A stretch of DNA of 64,000 bases from an uncultured Candidatus Rokubacteria bacterium (GTDB lineage: Bacteria; Methylomirabilota; Methylomirabilia; Rokubacteriales; DASRDR01), in assembly GCA_963826115.1 (NCBI GenBank), contig CAWGVS010000005.1, positions 928,001 through 992,000 on the forward strand, given 5' to 3'. A program made the position numbers and the translations under genes. This document shows positions 8,200 through 20,463 of this stretch, piece by piece; within the stretch, counting starts at the first letter, position 1; every line of letters begins with the position of its first letter. Under the pieces are notes generated by a model. That model worked only from the letters and a program-made list of their open reading frames with translations. It was not told where the DNA came from and did not search any database.

Positions 8200-9111
8200 C
8201 TAGCCCTTGCCCAGGAGCCGGAGCAGGACGGCCTTTTGCACGTGTAGCCGGTTCTCGGACTGGTCGAGCACGACGCTCCGCGGCCCATCCAGAACCGCGT
8301 CGGTGATCTCCTCGCCGCGGTGCGCCGGCAGGCAGTGCATGACGACCGCCCCCGGCTTGGCGAAGCCCATCACCCGGTCGTTCACCTGATAGCGGGAGAA
8401 GGCCTCGAGCCGGCGCTCGCGCTCGGCCTCCTGTCCCATGCTGATCCACACGTCGGTGTAGATGGCGTCGGCGCCGCGGGCCGCCGCCGGCACGTCGTCG
8501 GTGACCGTGATGCGCCCGCCCCAGCTGCGGGCGGTCTCGAGAACGCGCGGATCGGGCTCGTAGCCCGGCGGCACCGCCAGGGCCACCTCCGTGCCCACGA
8601 GCGCCGCGAGGAGCATCAGCGAGTGGGACACGTTGTTGCCGTCGCCGATCCAGCCCAGCCTGAGGCGCCGGAGGTCCTGGCCGCGCTCCCACAGCGTGAA
8701 GAAGTCGGCGAGCGCCTGGCACGGATGCTCGTGGTCGGAGAGCGCGTTCACCACGGGAATCCCGGCGTGACGCGCGAGCTCGTCCACGGTGGCCTGCGCG
8801 AACGTCCTGGCCACCACCACGTCGACCCACCGTCCGAGGTTCCTCGCCACGTCCCGGATCGATTCCCGCTTCCCGAGGCCGATGTCCTGGCCGGCGAGGT
8901 AGACGGACGCGCCGCCGAGCTGAGCCATGCCCACCTCGAAGGTCACGCGGGTCCGGAGCGAGGGCTTCTCGAACACCAATGCCTGCGAGTAGCCGGCCAG
9001 CGGGGTCTGCACCTCGCGCGCCTTGGTCCGCCGCTTCCACTCGGCGGCGAGGCGGAACAGCTCCTCGACGTCCTCGGCGGACAGGTCGGCGATCGAGAGG
9101 AAGTGCTTCAT
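8200..9111 (-). CDS. argF: Ornithine carbamoyltransferase
   Basis: [31 protein letters not shown]. Confidence 0.96.
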   Translation of the reverse strand: MKHFLSIADLSAEDVEELFRLAAEWKRRTKAREVQTPLAGYSQALVFEKPSLRTRVTFEVGMAQLGGASVYLAGQDIGLGKRESIRDVARNLGRWVDVVVARTFAQATVDELARHAGIPVVNALSDHEHPCQALADFFTLWERGQDLRRLRLGWIGDGNNVSHSLMLLAALVGTEVALAVPPGYEPDPRVLETARSWGGRITVTDDVPAAARGADAIYTDVWISMGQEAERERRLEAFSRYQVNDRVMGFAKPGAVVMHCLPAHRGEEITDAVLDGPRSVVLDQSENRLHVQKAVLLRLLGKG

Positions 9112-10310
9112 GGCTTGGGTTGTTTGAGGACGTCTCCGACGATCGCCACCGCGCGGTCGGCGTCGTTCTCGTCGATGATGAGCGGCGGCGTCATCCGGAG
9201 GATCTTCTCCCCCGCGGTGAGGACGAGGAGACCCCGGTCGCGGCAGGCGTCCACGACGCCGCCGGCCGGGCGGTCGAGATCCATCCCGATCAGGAGTCCC
9301 TTGCCCCGGACCTCCTTGATCGCCGGCACGGTCGACGCGAGCGCGCGCAGCCGTCCGATCAGATGGGCGCCCACCCGGCCCGCGCGCTCCGGGAGCTTGT
9401 CCTCGAGCATCGTGGTGAACGTGGCCACCCCGACGGTGGTCGCGAACGGGTTCCCGCCGAAGGTGGTGCCGTGGGTGCCGGCCATCATCACGCGGGCGAC
9501 GTTGTCCCGGGCCACCATCGCGCCGATCGGGATGCCACTGGCCAGCGCCTTGGCGAGCGTCATCACGTCCGGCTCGACGCCCCAGTGCTGGTAGCCCCAC
9601 ATGCGCCCCGTCCGGCCCATGCCCGTCTGGATCTCGTCGAAGACGAGGAGCGCCCCGGTCTCGTCGCACAGCCGGCGGAGGACGGCCAGGTAGCCGTCGG
9701 GCGCGACGTTGACCCCGCCCTCGCCCTGGATCGGCTCGACCAGGATCGCGGCCGTGCGGTTGTCCACCGCGCGCTCCACCGCCTTCACGTCGCCGAACGC
9801 GACGTACTTGAAGCCGGGGACCAGCGGCTCGAAGCCGTGCTGGTACTTCTCGTTCGGGGTGGCCGAGAGCGCGCCGAGCGTCCGCCCGTGAAAGGCCCCC
9901 CGCATCGTGATGATGTCGACCACGTCCGTGGCGCGGGTCTCCTTCGCGTACTTCCGGACGAGCTTGATCGCGGCCTCGTTGGCCTCCGTGCCCGAGTTGC
10001 AGAAGAAGGCGCGGTCGCCGAACGAGTGGTCGACCAGGAGCTTCGCCAGGTGGATCTGCGACGGGATCTGATAGAGGTTCGACACCTGGAGCAGCGCGGT
10101 GGCCTGCTCGCGGATCGCGCCGACGATCTTCGGGTGGGAGTGGCCGAGGGCGTCCACGGCGATCCCGCCGACGAAGTCGAGGTACTCCTTGCCGTCGGTG
10201 TCCCAGACCCGCGCGCCCTCGCCGCGGATCAAGCAGAGCGGCGCCCGCCCGTAGTTCTGGAAGAGGTACTTGTTACTCCACTCGAGAAGGGTTTTCGTGT
10301 CCTGGCTCAT
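9108..10310 (-). CDS. argD: Acetylornithine aminotransferase
   Basis: NSGTEANEAA, FHGRT, EPIQGEGG, DEIQTGMGRTG, LAKAL; in the arg operon. Confidence 0.93.
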   Translation of the reverse strand: MSQDTKTLLEWSNKYLFQNYGRAPLCLIRGEGARVWDTDGKEYLDFVGGIAVDALGHSHPKIVGAIREQATALLQVSNLYQIPSQIHLAKLLVDHSFGDRAFFCNSGTEANEAAIKLVRKYAKETRATDVVDIITMRGAFHGRTLGALSATPNEKYQHGFEPLVPGFKYVAFGDVKAVERAVDNRTAAILVEPIQGEGGVNVAPDGYLAVLRRLCDETGALLVFDEIQTGMGRTGRMWGYQHWGVEPDVMTLAKALASGIPIGAMVARDNVARVMMAGTHGTTFGGNPFATTVGVATFTTMLEDKLPERAGRVGAHLIGRLRALASTVPAIKEVRGKGLLIGMDLDRPAGGVVDACRDRGLLVLTAGEKILRMTPPLIIDENDADRAVAIVGDVLKQPKP

Positions 10311-10592
10311 CGAGGCCTCCGGAAGCGGCGGTTCGCCGCGTGTGTTCTTGGGTGACGCCAGCGGGGCCGCGCGGCGGATTGCTAGCGGGCGGCCCGGTCC
10401 ACGTCGGGAGCCCCGGGGCAACGGCGGCGGGCAGAGCCCGGCCACAGCCCGGGGCCTGGCCTCATCCGGAGGGAGGGCTGCAACATGGCCCCGCCATTGT
10501 ACCAAAAGACCGGCCGCGCAAGCGCGCCCCGTGGCCGATCCCCGGCCGGGCCGGGCCGCGGCCGGCATCGGGGCCCTGGGTATTGATTCTGC

Positions 10593-11552
10593 ATGGTGAG
10601 ACCCCGATTGCCGGAAGGTGGTCGCGAGCGGGGGCGGCGGCCGCGCGATGTCCCGGGTGCGGCGTGGCGTCTCTCCTGGGAGGTCGTCGTGAAGTTCCTC
10701 GGCGATTCCCCGTTCGAGATGGCCGCGGCCCTGTCGTTCTACACGGTCCTTTCACTATCCCCCCTCGTCCTGATCGTGGTGTCGGCGGCGGGTCTCGTGT
10801 GGGCAGAGGCGTCGGTGCGCGCCGAAATCCTGAACCAGATGGGGGCGCTGATAGGGCCCGCGGGGGCGGATGCCGTGCGCACGGTCCTGGACCACTCGGC
10901 CTTCTCGGCCCACACGGCGATGTCGATGGCGATGGGCATCATCACCCTGCTCTTCGGCGCCACCACGGTGTTCGCCGAGCTCCAGTCCGCCCTGAATCGT
11001 ATCTGGAGCGTGGAGACGTCCCCGCAGGCCACCGTGCGGCCGGCCCTCCTGTGGAGCCTCGTCCGGACGCGGCTCCTGGCGCTGGCGCTCATCTTCGTTG
11101 TGGGATTCCTCCTGCTCGTCTCCCTGGTGGTGAGCGCGGGACTCGCCGCGCTCCACGGGTATCTGGCTCGCGCTCTCCCGGGCGGCGCGCTCGTGTGGGA
11201 GGCGGTCAACTTCCTCGTGTCGCTCGCCGTCATCTCGTTCCTCATCGCCATGGTGTACCGCGTCCTCCCCGACGTCCGGCTGGGCTGGGGCGACGTATGG
11301 GGCGGTGCGGTCGTGACCGCGATCCTGTTCGGCATCGGGAAGCTCCTCATCGGTCTCTATCTCGGCCAGACCAGCGTGGCGTCCGCGTACGGGGCGGCCG
11401 GGTCGCTCGTGGTGCTCCTGCTGTGGGTCTACTACTCCTCGCTCATCATGTTCCTGGGCGCCGAGATCACCGCGGTGCACGCGAGGCACCGCCACCGGGT
11501 CCGTCCGGCGAAATACGCCGTCCCGGTCGCGGCAAGCGGTGCGACGGGATGA
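10593..11552 (+). CDS. YihY/virulence factor BrkB family membrane protein
   Basis: MAAALSFYTVLSLSP, LQSALNRIW, YGAAGSLVVLLLWVYYSS; start uncertain. Confidence 0.9.
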   Translation: MVRPRLPEGGRERGRRPRDVPGAAWRLSWEVVVKFLGDSPFEMAAALSFYTVLSLSPLVLIVVSAAGLVWAEASVRAEILNQMGALIGPAGADAVRTVLDHSAFSAHTAMSMAMGIITLLFGATTVFAELQSALNRIWSVETSPQATVRPALLWSLVRTRLLALALIFVVGFLLLVSLVVSAGLAALHGYLARALPGGALVWEAVNFLVSLAVISFLIAMVYRVLPDVRLGWGDVWGGAVVTAILFGIGKLLIGLYLGQTSVASAYGAAGSLVVLLLWVYYSSLIMFLGAEITAVHARHRHRVRPAKYAVPVAASGATG

Positions 11553-11710
11553 CGTCGGGGTGACAGGTCGACGCGGGTCGGGCGGAGCCTACTGCTGAAC
11601 GGCAGCATCCCGGAACGCCGTCGGCGAACGGCGTTGACAGGGCCGCCTTCGTCCACTGTAGTGAGCCTGGCGCGGACGGCTGGAACCACCCGCCGCGCCG
11701 GGGAGATCCG

Positions 11711-12226
11711 ATGCGAATTCCAGCGATCCTCGTCGTGTCCCTGCTCGCCCTCACGTCCGTCGCGGCGGCCCAGCAGTTCTCGACGTGCGCGCTCCTGACG
11801 CCCGGCGACATCGAGGCGGCAACCGGCACGAAGCCCGGGCCGTCTCAGCCCGGTCAGATGGACGCCGGAGCCGGGAGGAGTGGAACCGTCTACACGTGCA
11901 TCTGGCCGGCCGGCCAGACAGCCCAGCTGATGGCCAGTACGGCGCGCATCCCTCCGGGCATGGACGTGAAGGCCGTCGCGAAGAACAACGTCGGGATGGA
12001 CGCCCTGCGGGCCCAGCACTACACGGCGGAGGAGAAGGACTTCGGCAATGCCTTCTGCAGCGTCATGACGCCGCCCGCCAGCAAGAAGGACGGCATGATG
12101 CTGTCGTCCTGCGCCACCGGGGCCAAGGGCACCCTGCTCTCGCTCTCGTACATGAGCCAAACGAAGAAGCTCACGCTCGAGCAGACCAAGGCGCTCCTGG
12201 ACAAGGCCGTCGCGCGCCTCCCGTGA
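11711..12226 (+). CDS. Secreted hypothetical protein with four Cys
   Basis: Signal peptide ending AAA-Q; CALLTPGDI...CIW; GGGAG RBS; TTGACA upstream; strong GC3 bias. Confidence 0.8.
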   Translation: MRIPAILVVSLLALTSVAAAQQFSTCALLTPGDIEAATGTKPGPSQPGQMDAGAGRSGTVYTCIWPAGQTAQLMASTARIPPGMDVKAVAKNNVGMDALRAQHYTAEEKDFGNAFCSVMTPPASKKDGMMLSSCATGAKGTLLSLSYMSQTKKLTLEQTKALLDKAVARLP

Positions 12227-12343
12227 TGTGGAGGCGCGGCCCCGGGCGCCCGCCCGGTCGGCTCTCGCCTCTCAGAGGGCCTGACGTCGACAGGACCGAC
12301 TCCCGGCGCGGCGATCCGCTCGGAGGACGGCGCGGGGGGCGCG

Positions 12344-13242
12344 CTACAGCACGATCTCGGTGCCGATGCCTTCCTTCGTGAAGATCTCGAGCAGGATCGC
12401 GTGGGGGATGCGGCCGTCCAGGATGTGGGCCTTGGCGGTTCCCGCCTCCAGCGCCCGGAGGGCCGACTCGACCTTGGGGAGCATGCCGCCGTCGATCACC
12501 CCGGCGCCGACCAGCCGGCGGGCCTCGCCCTGCGAGAGGGTGGAGATCAGCTCGCCGCCCGGGCCCTTGATGCCCTCGACGTCCGTCAGGTGGATGAGCT
12601 TCTCGGCCTGGAGCGCGGCGGCGACCTCCCCGGCGACGAGGTCGGCGTTGATGTTGTAGCTTTCCCCGCCGTCCCCCACCCCGACCGGCGCGATGACCGG
12701 GATGAAGCCGTGCTCGTCGAGGAGCCGGATCGGCTCCGGGTTGACGTGGGTGACGTCCCCCACGAGGCCCAGGTCGAGCTCCTCGCCCGCGGGCGTCCGA
12801 TGGACCCGCCGCCGGGCGCGGATCAGGGTGCCGTCCTTGCCGGAGAGCCCCACGGCCTTCCCGCCGTGGTGGTTGATCAGGCCCACGATCTCCTTGTTGA
12901 TCCGGCCGACGAGGACCATCTCGACGATCTCCATCGTCTCCTCGTCCGTGACGCGCATGCCGCCCACGAACCGCGGCTCCTTGCCGAGCCGCTTCATGAG
13001 GGCGCCGATCTGGGGGCCGCCGCCGTGCACGATCACCGGGTTCATCCCGACGTACTTCAGGAGGACGACGTCGCGGGCGAAGCCCTCCGCCAGCTGCGGG
13101 GACTCCATGGCGTGCCCGCCGTACTTGATGACGAGGGTCTTCCCCCAGAACGCCCGGATGTACGGGAGCGCGTCCATCAGGGTGCCGGCCTTCTCGATCA
13201 TCTTCTCCATGGCGCTCGTCACGGGATCCCCCTCGCCTGCCG

Positions 13243-13246
<4 letters not shown>
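12344..13246 (-). CDS. argB: Acetylglutamate kinase
   Basis: [29 protein letters not shown]. Confidence 0.96.
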
Positions 13247-14612
<1,366 letters not shown>

Positions 14613-14616
<4 letters not shown>

Positions 14617-15155
14617 AGCTCCTCCACGGTCACCTGGTCGTTCGTGTAGACGCAGATCCCGGCCGCCACGCGCATCGCCTCGACCGCGATGGCCTTGGCG
14701 TCGAGCGCGGAATGGGCGACGAGGGCGCGCGCCGCCGCCAGCGCGTATGGCCCGCCCGAGCCGATGCCGATCAGCCCGTCGTCCGGCTCGATCACCTCGC
14801 CCGTCCCCGACACGATGAACGACGCCTCGGCGTCCGCCACCGCCAGGAGCGCCTCGAGGCGTCGCAGGACCCGGTCGCTCCGCCACTCCTTGGCGAGCTC
14901 CACCGCGGCCCGCCGGAGATTGCCCCGGTGCTCCTCGAGCCGCCCCTCGAACCGCTCGAACAGGGTGAAGGCGTCGGCCGCCGCGCCGGCGAACCCGGCG
15001 AGCACCCGGTCGTGGTGGACGCGCCGGACCTTGCGGGCGGTGTGCTTCACGATCGTCGGGCCGAGGCTCACCTGCCCGTCCCCCGCCATCGCCACCCGGC
15101 CGCGATGCCGGACGCAGACGACCGTCGTCGCGTGGAACGACGCCGGCGACGTCAC
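14613..15155 (-). CDS. hslV: ATP-dependent protease subunit HslV
   Basis: HA-TTV (N-terminal Thr nucleophile), [21 protein letters not shown]. Confidence 0.97.
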
Positions 15156-16051
15156 GCGCGCGCCCGGGGATGAGCCGCGTCGTAGACCTTGGCGAGCCGC
15201 GCCGCGCTCACGTGCGTGTAGCGCTGCGTCGTGGTCAGCCGCGCGTGCCCGAGGAGCTCCTGGATGAGCCGGAGGTCTGCGCCCGCGTCCAGGAGGTGCG
15301 TCGCGAAGGTGTGCCGGAGCGTGTGGGGCGTCACCCGGCCCGCCAGCCCCGCGGCCCGCGCCCGCGCCCGGACGATCCGATGGAGGCTCCGCACCGTCAG
15401 GCGCCCCCCGCGCGGATTCCGGAAGAGCGGGCCGCGCCCGCTCTCGCGGGGGCCGAGATAGGCGCGGAGCGCGTCGATGGCCTTCGTCCCCAGCGGGACC
15501 ACGCGCTCCTTGCGTCCCTTGCCGAGGACCCGCACGGCGCCGTCACGGAGGTCGACGTCCTCGACGTCGAGCCCGGAAAGCTCGGCGACCCGGACACCCG
15601 CAGCGTAGAGCACCTCGAGGATCGCCCGGTCCCGGCGGTCGGACTCCGCGTCACCGGCCTGCGGCCGGAAGAGCGCCTCGCTCTGGTCGATCGGGAGGTG
15701 CGAGGGAAGGCGGCCCGGGAGGCTCGGCGTCTTCACTTCCCGGGCCGGGTTCACCCGGGCCCGGCCGCGCCGGATCAGGAACCGGAAGAAGCTCCGGAGG
15801 GTCGCGAGGCGGCGGGCGATGGACGTCCGCGCGAGGCCTCGGGCGTGGAGGTCCGCCAGGTAGCCACGCACGACGCGCGCGTCTGCGTCCACCAGGGCCC
15901 CGAGGTCCCGGCGCTCGAGGAAGGCGACGCAGTCGGCGAGGTCGGCGCGGTAGCCGCGCAGCGTGTGGGGCGAGGCCCCCCGCTCGGCCGACAGGTACCG
16001 GAGGAACGCGGCCACCGCCGGCCCGCCCTGCTCACCGCCGGCCGGCTTCAC
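15152..16051 (-). CDS. xerC: Tyrosine recombinase XerC
   Basis: [49 protein letters not shown]; canonical topA-xerC-hslVU context. Confidence 0.9.
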   Translation of the reverse strand: MKPAGGEQGGPAVAAFLRYLSAERGASPHTLRGYRADLADCVAFLERRDLGALVDADARVVRGYLADLHARGLARTSIARRLATLRSFFRFLIRRGRARVNPAREVKTPSLPGRLPSHLPIDQSEALFRPQAGDAESDRRDRAILEVLYAAGVRVAELSGLDVEDVDLRDGAVRVLGKGRKERVVPLGTKAIDALRAYLGPRESGRGPLFRNPRGGRLTVRSLHRIVRARARAAGLAGRVTPHTLRHTFATHLLDAGADLRLIQELLGHARLTTTQRYTHVSAARLAKVYDAAHPRARA

Positions 16052-18306
16052 GCGCTCTCGGTCTCGCGCCGGTAGTCGCAGCCCTCGCGCCAGCACGCGA
16101 GCCATCGCTTGCCCCGGCCGCCGCGCTGGGTCAGGAAGGGCGCGCCGCACTTGGGGCACGGCACGGTGACGGGGCGCTGCCACACCACGAAGCGGCACGT
16201 CGGGTAGTTCGAGCAGCCGAAGTAGGACCGGCCGCGCTTCGAGCGGCCCTCGGTCAGCTCACCCACGCAGCCCTCCTGGGGGCACGGGATGCCGAGCGTG
16301 ATCTTCTTGATGTTCTTGCACTCGGGATACCCCGAGCAGCCGATGAACCGGCCGAAACGGCTCTGCTTGTAGACCATCGGCTTGCCGCAGAGGTTGCAGT
16401 CCACTCCCGCCGGCTCGGGCTCGGCCTGTGCGCTGTCCCCAGGGTTCCGCGTGTACTTGCAGTCCGGGTAGCGCTCGCACGCCAGGAACCGCCCGTAGCG
16501 ACCCCACTTCTCGAGAAGGTTCCCCTCGCCGCACTTGGGGCAGGCCTCGTCGGTGCGCTTGCCGACCTTGAGGTCCTCCGCCTGGATGCCGGCCTCCTTG
16601 AGGTCCTTCTCGAGCGGCGTGTAGAACTCGCGGACCGTCTCGACCCACTTCCGATCCCCATCCTCGATCTCGTCGAGCGACTCCTCCATCTGCGCGGTGA
16701 ACGCCACCTCGAAGATGTCGGGGAAGTGCTTGACGAGGAGGTTGTTCACCGTCTCGCCCAGGTCGGTCGGCGACAGGGACCCGCGGTCCTTCTGGACGTA
16801 CTCGCGCTTCTGGATGGTGGTCAGGATCTGGGCGTAGGTCGACGGCCGCCCGATGCCCTTCTCCTCGAGCTCCTTCACGAGCGACGCCTCGGTATAGCGC
16901 GGTGGCGGCTGCGTGAAGTGCTGCTTCGGGTCGAGCCGGACCAGGCCGAGGCGCTGGCCCACCTCGAGCGGCGGCATGCCCGACACCTCGGCCTCGACGT
17001 CCTCCGGGGCGACCGTCGGCGCGGACTCGTCGGGCGCCTCGATGTAGACGGCCATGAACCCGGGGGCCCGCAGCTGGGAGCCCAGCGCCCGGAAGAGGTA
17101 CGGCCCGGCCGTCACGTCCACCGTGAGCGTGTCGTAGAGGGCGGGCCGCATCTGGCTCGCCAGGAACCGCTCCCAGACCAGCCGGTAGAGCGCCAGCTGG
17201 TCGCGGCTGAGATGCCGGGCCAGGCGCTCCGGCGGATGGTCGAGCAGGGTCGGCCGGATCGCCTCGTGCGCCTCCTGCGCCGTCTTGCGGGCCCGGTAGA
17301 ACGGCGGCCGGTCGGGCAGCGTGTCGGCGCCGTACCGGGCGGCGATGACGTCGCGCGCCGCGGCCTGGGCCTCGGCGGCCACCCGGGGCGAGTCGGTCCG
17401 CATGTACGTGATGAGGCCGACCGGGCCGCCGTTGCCGATCTCGACGCCCTCGTAGAGCTGCTGGGCGACCATCATCGTCTTCGACGCGGAGAAGCGGAGC
17501 TTCCGCCCGGCGTCCTGCTGGAGCGTCGACGTGATGAACGGCGGCGACGGGTTCTTCCGCCGCTCTCCCCGATCGACCGTCTTGACGACGAACTGGACGC
17601 CTTCCAGATCGGCGACGATGGCCTGGGTCTCGGCCGCGCTCGCGGGGACGAGCTTCTCGCCCGCCTTTTCCCGGAGGCTCGCCACGAACTCGGGGGGAAC
17701 CGCCGCCGCCAGGTGGGCGTGGAGGCTCCAGTACTCCTGGGACACGAAGGCCCGGATCTCCTGCTCGCGCTCGCAGATGAGGCGGACCGCGACGGACTGG
17801 ACCCGGCCCGCCGACAGGCCCCGGCGGATCTTCTGCCAGAGGAACGGGCTGATCTTGTAGCCGACCAGGCGGTCGAGCACGCGCCGCGCCTGCTGGGCGT
17901 CGACCCGCTTCTGGTCGATGCGTCCGGGCGTCTTGAACGCGGCCTTGACCGCCTTCTCGGTGATCTCGTTGAACGCCACCCGGTAGACACGGTCCGCCGG
18001 GATCTTGAGCTCCTGGGCGATGTGCCAGCCGATCGCCTCGCCCTCGCGGTCGGGGTCGGTCGCGATGTAGAGGGCCTTGGCCTTCTTGCCGGCCTTCTTC
18101 AGATCCTCGAGCGTCTTGGCCTTCGCGCGGACGGGCACGTACTGGGGCGCGAAGCCCTTCTTCACGTCGATCCCGAGCTTGCTCTTCGGGAGGTCCTTCA
18201 GGTGGCCGAGCGAGGCCTTCACGACGTACCCGCGGTCGAGATACTTCTGGATGGTCTTCACCTTGGTCGGTGACTCGACCACGACCAGGGACGTCCGTTC
18301 CGCCAC
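16048..18306 (-). CDS. topA: DNA topoisomerase I with C-terminal zinc ribbons
   Basis: VVVESPTK, ATDPDREGE, SAGRVQS, ITYMRTDS, GIGRPSTY; repeated CPxC/GC..YP.C ribbons. Confidence 0.97.
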   Translation of the reverse strand: MAERTSLVVVESPTKVKTIQKYLDRGYVVKASLGHLKDLPKSKLGIDVKKGFAPQYVPVRAKAKTLEDLKKAGKKAKALYIATDPDREGEAIGWHIAQELKIPADRVYRVAFNEITEKAVKAAFKTPGRIDQKRVDAQQARRVLDRLVGYKISPFLWQKIRRGLSAGRVQSVAVRLICEREQEIRAFVSQEYWSLHAHLAAAVPPEFVASLREKAGEKLVPASAAETQAIVADLEGVQFVVKTVDRGERRKNPSPPFITSTLQQDAGRKLRFSASKTMMVAQQLYEGVEIGNGGPVGLITYMRTDSPRVAAEAQAAARDVIAARYGADTLPDRPPFYRARKTAQEAHEAIRPTLLDHPPERLARHLSRDQLALYRLVWERFLASQMRPALYDTLTVDVTAGPYLFRALGSQLRAPGFMAVYIEAPDESAPTVAPEDVEAEVSGMPPLEVGQRLGLVRLDPKQHFTQPPPRYTEASLVKELEEKGIGRPSTYAQILTTIQKREYVQKDRGSLSPTDLGETVNNLLVKHFPDIFEVAFTAQMEESLDEIEDGDRKWVETVREFYTPLEKDLKEAGIQAEDLKVGKRTDEACPKCGEGNLLEKWGRYGRFLACERYPDCKYTRNPGDSAQAEPEPAGVDCNLCGKPMVYKQSRFGRFIGCSGYPECKNIKKITLGIPCPQEGCVGELTEGRSKRGRSYFGCSNYPTCRFVVWQRPVTVPCPKCGAPFLTQRGGRGKRWLACWREGCDYRRETESA

Positions 18307-18316
18307 GCTGCCTCCT

Positions 18317-19447
18317 CTAGCTCCGCACGTACCGCTGGCCGGCGGTGCGGCGCACCAGCCCGCGCAGCTCGAGCGCCATGAGGCCCGCCGACACCTGGCC
18401 CGACGGCAGCCGGATCTGCTCGACCATCGTGTCGATGGCGACCGGCTCGTTCCCGAGGATGGCCAGGATCGCCAGCTCCCCCGGCTCGGCCGCCTCCGCC
18501 GGAACCGCCCGGTCGGCCGGCCGTGCCGCCGGCCCGCCGAGAGCGCGGCGCCACTCCGCGGGCCACTCCGCCACGACGTCCTCCCACCCTTGGACGAGCT
18601 TGGCGCCGTCCTGGATCAGACCGTTCGTGCCCTGGCTGGCCGGGGCCAGCGCGTTGCCCGGCACCGCGTAGACCTCGCGGCCGAGCTCACCGGCCAGCCG
18701 CGCCGTGATCAGCGCCCCGCTTCGCTCCGCCGCCTCGACGACCACGGTACCCATCGAGAGACCGGCGATAAGACGGTTCCGCGCCGGGAAGTGATGCGCC
18801 AGCGGGGGCGTTCCCATGGGGAACTGCGAGACGAGGGCTCCGGTTTCGACGATGTCAGCCGCCAGACGACGGTTCTCGGATGGATACACCACGTCCACGC
18901 CCGAGCCCAGGACGGCGAGCGTCCGCCCGCCGACGTCGAGCGCCCCCTGGTGGGCAGCGGTGTCGATTCCTCGGGCCAGACCGCTCACCACCGTCACGCC
19001 CCGGGCGGCGAGGTCGGCCCCGAGGCGCTCCGCCACCCGGAGCCCGTACGGGGTTGCCTTGCGTGAGCCGACGATGGCCGTGGCCAGTGCATCCTCTCGG
19101 CGGAGACTTCCGCGGACGAGCAGAAATGGCGGCGGCAGGTCGATCGGCCGGAGCGCGACCGGGTAGTCCGGGTCCCCCAGGAGGACGAGGCGGGCGTCGC
19201 AACGCGCCGCGGCAACAGCCTGCTGCCGGGCGGCACGCCGCCAGTCGAGGCTCGCGACCTCGCGGGCCGCCACGCTGCTGAGGGCGTCCGTCAGTTCGGG
19301 GGACGAGGCCTCGAGGACCTCGGCCGGCGGTCCGAGGCGGAGGAGGTCGTGGTAGCGCCGCAGACTCCCCCCAATCTCGGGGATCAGGGCGAGCGCCACC
19401 CACGCCCACCGCTCGTCGTCGGCGGTCGAACTGCCGAGCGTCGTCAC
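18317..19447 (-). CDS. dprA: DNA-processing protein DprA
   Basis: AIVGSRKATPYG, VSGLARGID, FPARNRLIAGLS, VEAAERSGALITA; start uncertain. Confidence 0.95.
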   Translation of the reverse strand: MTTLGSSTADDERWAWVALALIPEIGGSLRRYHDLLRLGPPAEVLEASSPELTDALSSVAAREVASLDWRRAARQQAVAAARCDARLVLLGDPDYPVALRPIDLPPPFLLVRGSLRREDALATAIVGSRKATPYGLRVAERLGADLAARGVTVVSGLARGIDTAAHQGALDVGGRTLAVLGSGVDVVYPSENRRLAADIVETGALVSQFPMGTPPLAHHFPARNRLIAGLSMGTVVVEAAERSGALITARLAGELGREVYAVPGNALAPASQGTNGLIQDGAKLVQGWEDVVAEWPAEWRRALGGPAARPADRAVPAEAAEPGELAILAILGNEPVAIDTMVEQIRLPSGQVSAGLMALELRGLVRRTAGQRYVRS

Positions 19448-19472
19448 ATCAAGCTCAATACCACTAAACATG

Positions 19473-19488
19473 TGCAAAGCAAGCGCCA
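19473..19488 (-). promoter_or_regulatory. sigma54 (-24/-12) promoter motif
   Basis: Minus strand TGGCGCTTGCTTTGCA = GG-N10-GC with TTGCA, in an AT-rich gap upstream of dprA. Confidence 0.6.
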
Positions 19489-19517
19489 TGATATACACCC
19501 GCCGCGAGACACGTCAA
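19488..19517 (-). promoter_or_regulatory. sigma70 promoter motif for the dprA-topA operon
   Basis: TTGACG-N18-TATCAT. Confidence 0.55.
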
Positions 19518-19593
19518 GAAAACGGACGGCGGGTCTTGCCTCTCTCGAGGGGGGATTCGCGTTCTGCGACGATGAGTTGAAGGTGATTCGCTG

Positions 19594-20463
19594 CTACCGG
19601 GGCTCCGCCGGCCGGCCGGAGCGGCCCGGCTGACGGAGCACCGCGCGGGCACGGATCGCGGCGTCGCTGTCCGGGAAGTCTCGGACCAGCTGTGCCCACA
19701 CCTCACGGGCCCGATCCTCGCGCCGGAGCGACCGGAGGGCGAGGCCGAGGCGGAGCAGCGCGTCGGGGGCCCGCTCGCCAGTCGGGGCGAGGTCGATGGC
19801 TTTCTGGTACTTGCTGGCCGCCTGGTCGAAGTCGCGGCTCCGGAAGTAGGCCTCCCCGATCCAGAACTGGGCGCTCGGTTCGAGGGGGTGCCCGGGGTTC
19901 TTGTCGGCGAACTCCTCGAAGTCGAGGACGGCCTGGCCCAGCTCGCCGGCCCGGAAGCTCTCCATCCCGCGGTCGAAGAGCTCCTCGGCGGAGATCGGCG
20001 GGCCGGGCCGCCGGGGCCCCACCGGACGGGACCGTGGCAGGTTCACGGTGCCGGCGCTGCCCGCCTCGAGCCGAGCGAACTGCTCGGCCAGGGTGGCGAC
20101 CCCCGCCTCCACGCCGGCGACCACCTCGGTCAGGTCCTCGACGCGGCGCTCGACCGTGGCGACCCGGTCGTCGACGGCCGTCTGGGCCTCGCGCGCCCGG
20201 GCCTCCTCGGTCTCGCGAGCCGCCACCGACCGGCGGGCCTCGGTCTCGAGGGCGACGCGGAGCGCCGCGGTGTCGGCGCGGAGCGCCTGGAGGTCGGCCC
20301 GGAGCCCGTCCACGCTCGTCCGGAGCTCCGCCAGGGCGGCGTCCTGCCGCGCCACCTGCTCCTGGAGGCCCGCGCAGCCAGGGAGACCCGCCAGGGCGCC
20401 GAGGGCCAGCGCGACGACGCCCGCCCGGGACCCCCGGCGGAACGCGGGTCCGCCCGGCCTCAC
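19594..20463 (-). CDS. cpoB: Tol-Pal system protein YbgF/CpoB (lipoprotein, coiled coil plus TPR)
   Basis: LPG-C lipobox, heptad coiled coil, AQFWIGEAY and PDALLRLG TPRs, FPDS. Confidence 0.85.
   Translation of the reverse strand: MRPGGPAFRRGSRAGVVALALGALAGLPGCAGLQEQVARQDAALAELRTSVDGLRADLQALRADTAALRVALETEARRSVAARETEEARAREAQTAVDDRVATVERRVEDLTEVVAGVEAGVATLAEQFARLEAGSAGTVNLPRSRPVGPRRPGPPISAEELFDRGMESFRAGELGQAVLDFEEFADKNPGHPLEPSAQFWIGEAYFRSRDFDQAASKYQKAIDLAPTGERAPDALLRLGLALRSLRREDRAREVWAQLVRDFPDSDAAIRARAVLRQPGRSGRPAEPR

Noticed and set aside
15152-16051. Tyrosine recombinase as a mobile-element integrase
   Set aside because: It sits in the conserved topA-xerC-hslVU housekeeping context with overlapping neighbours.
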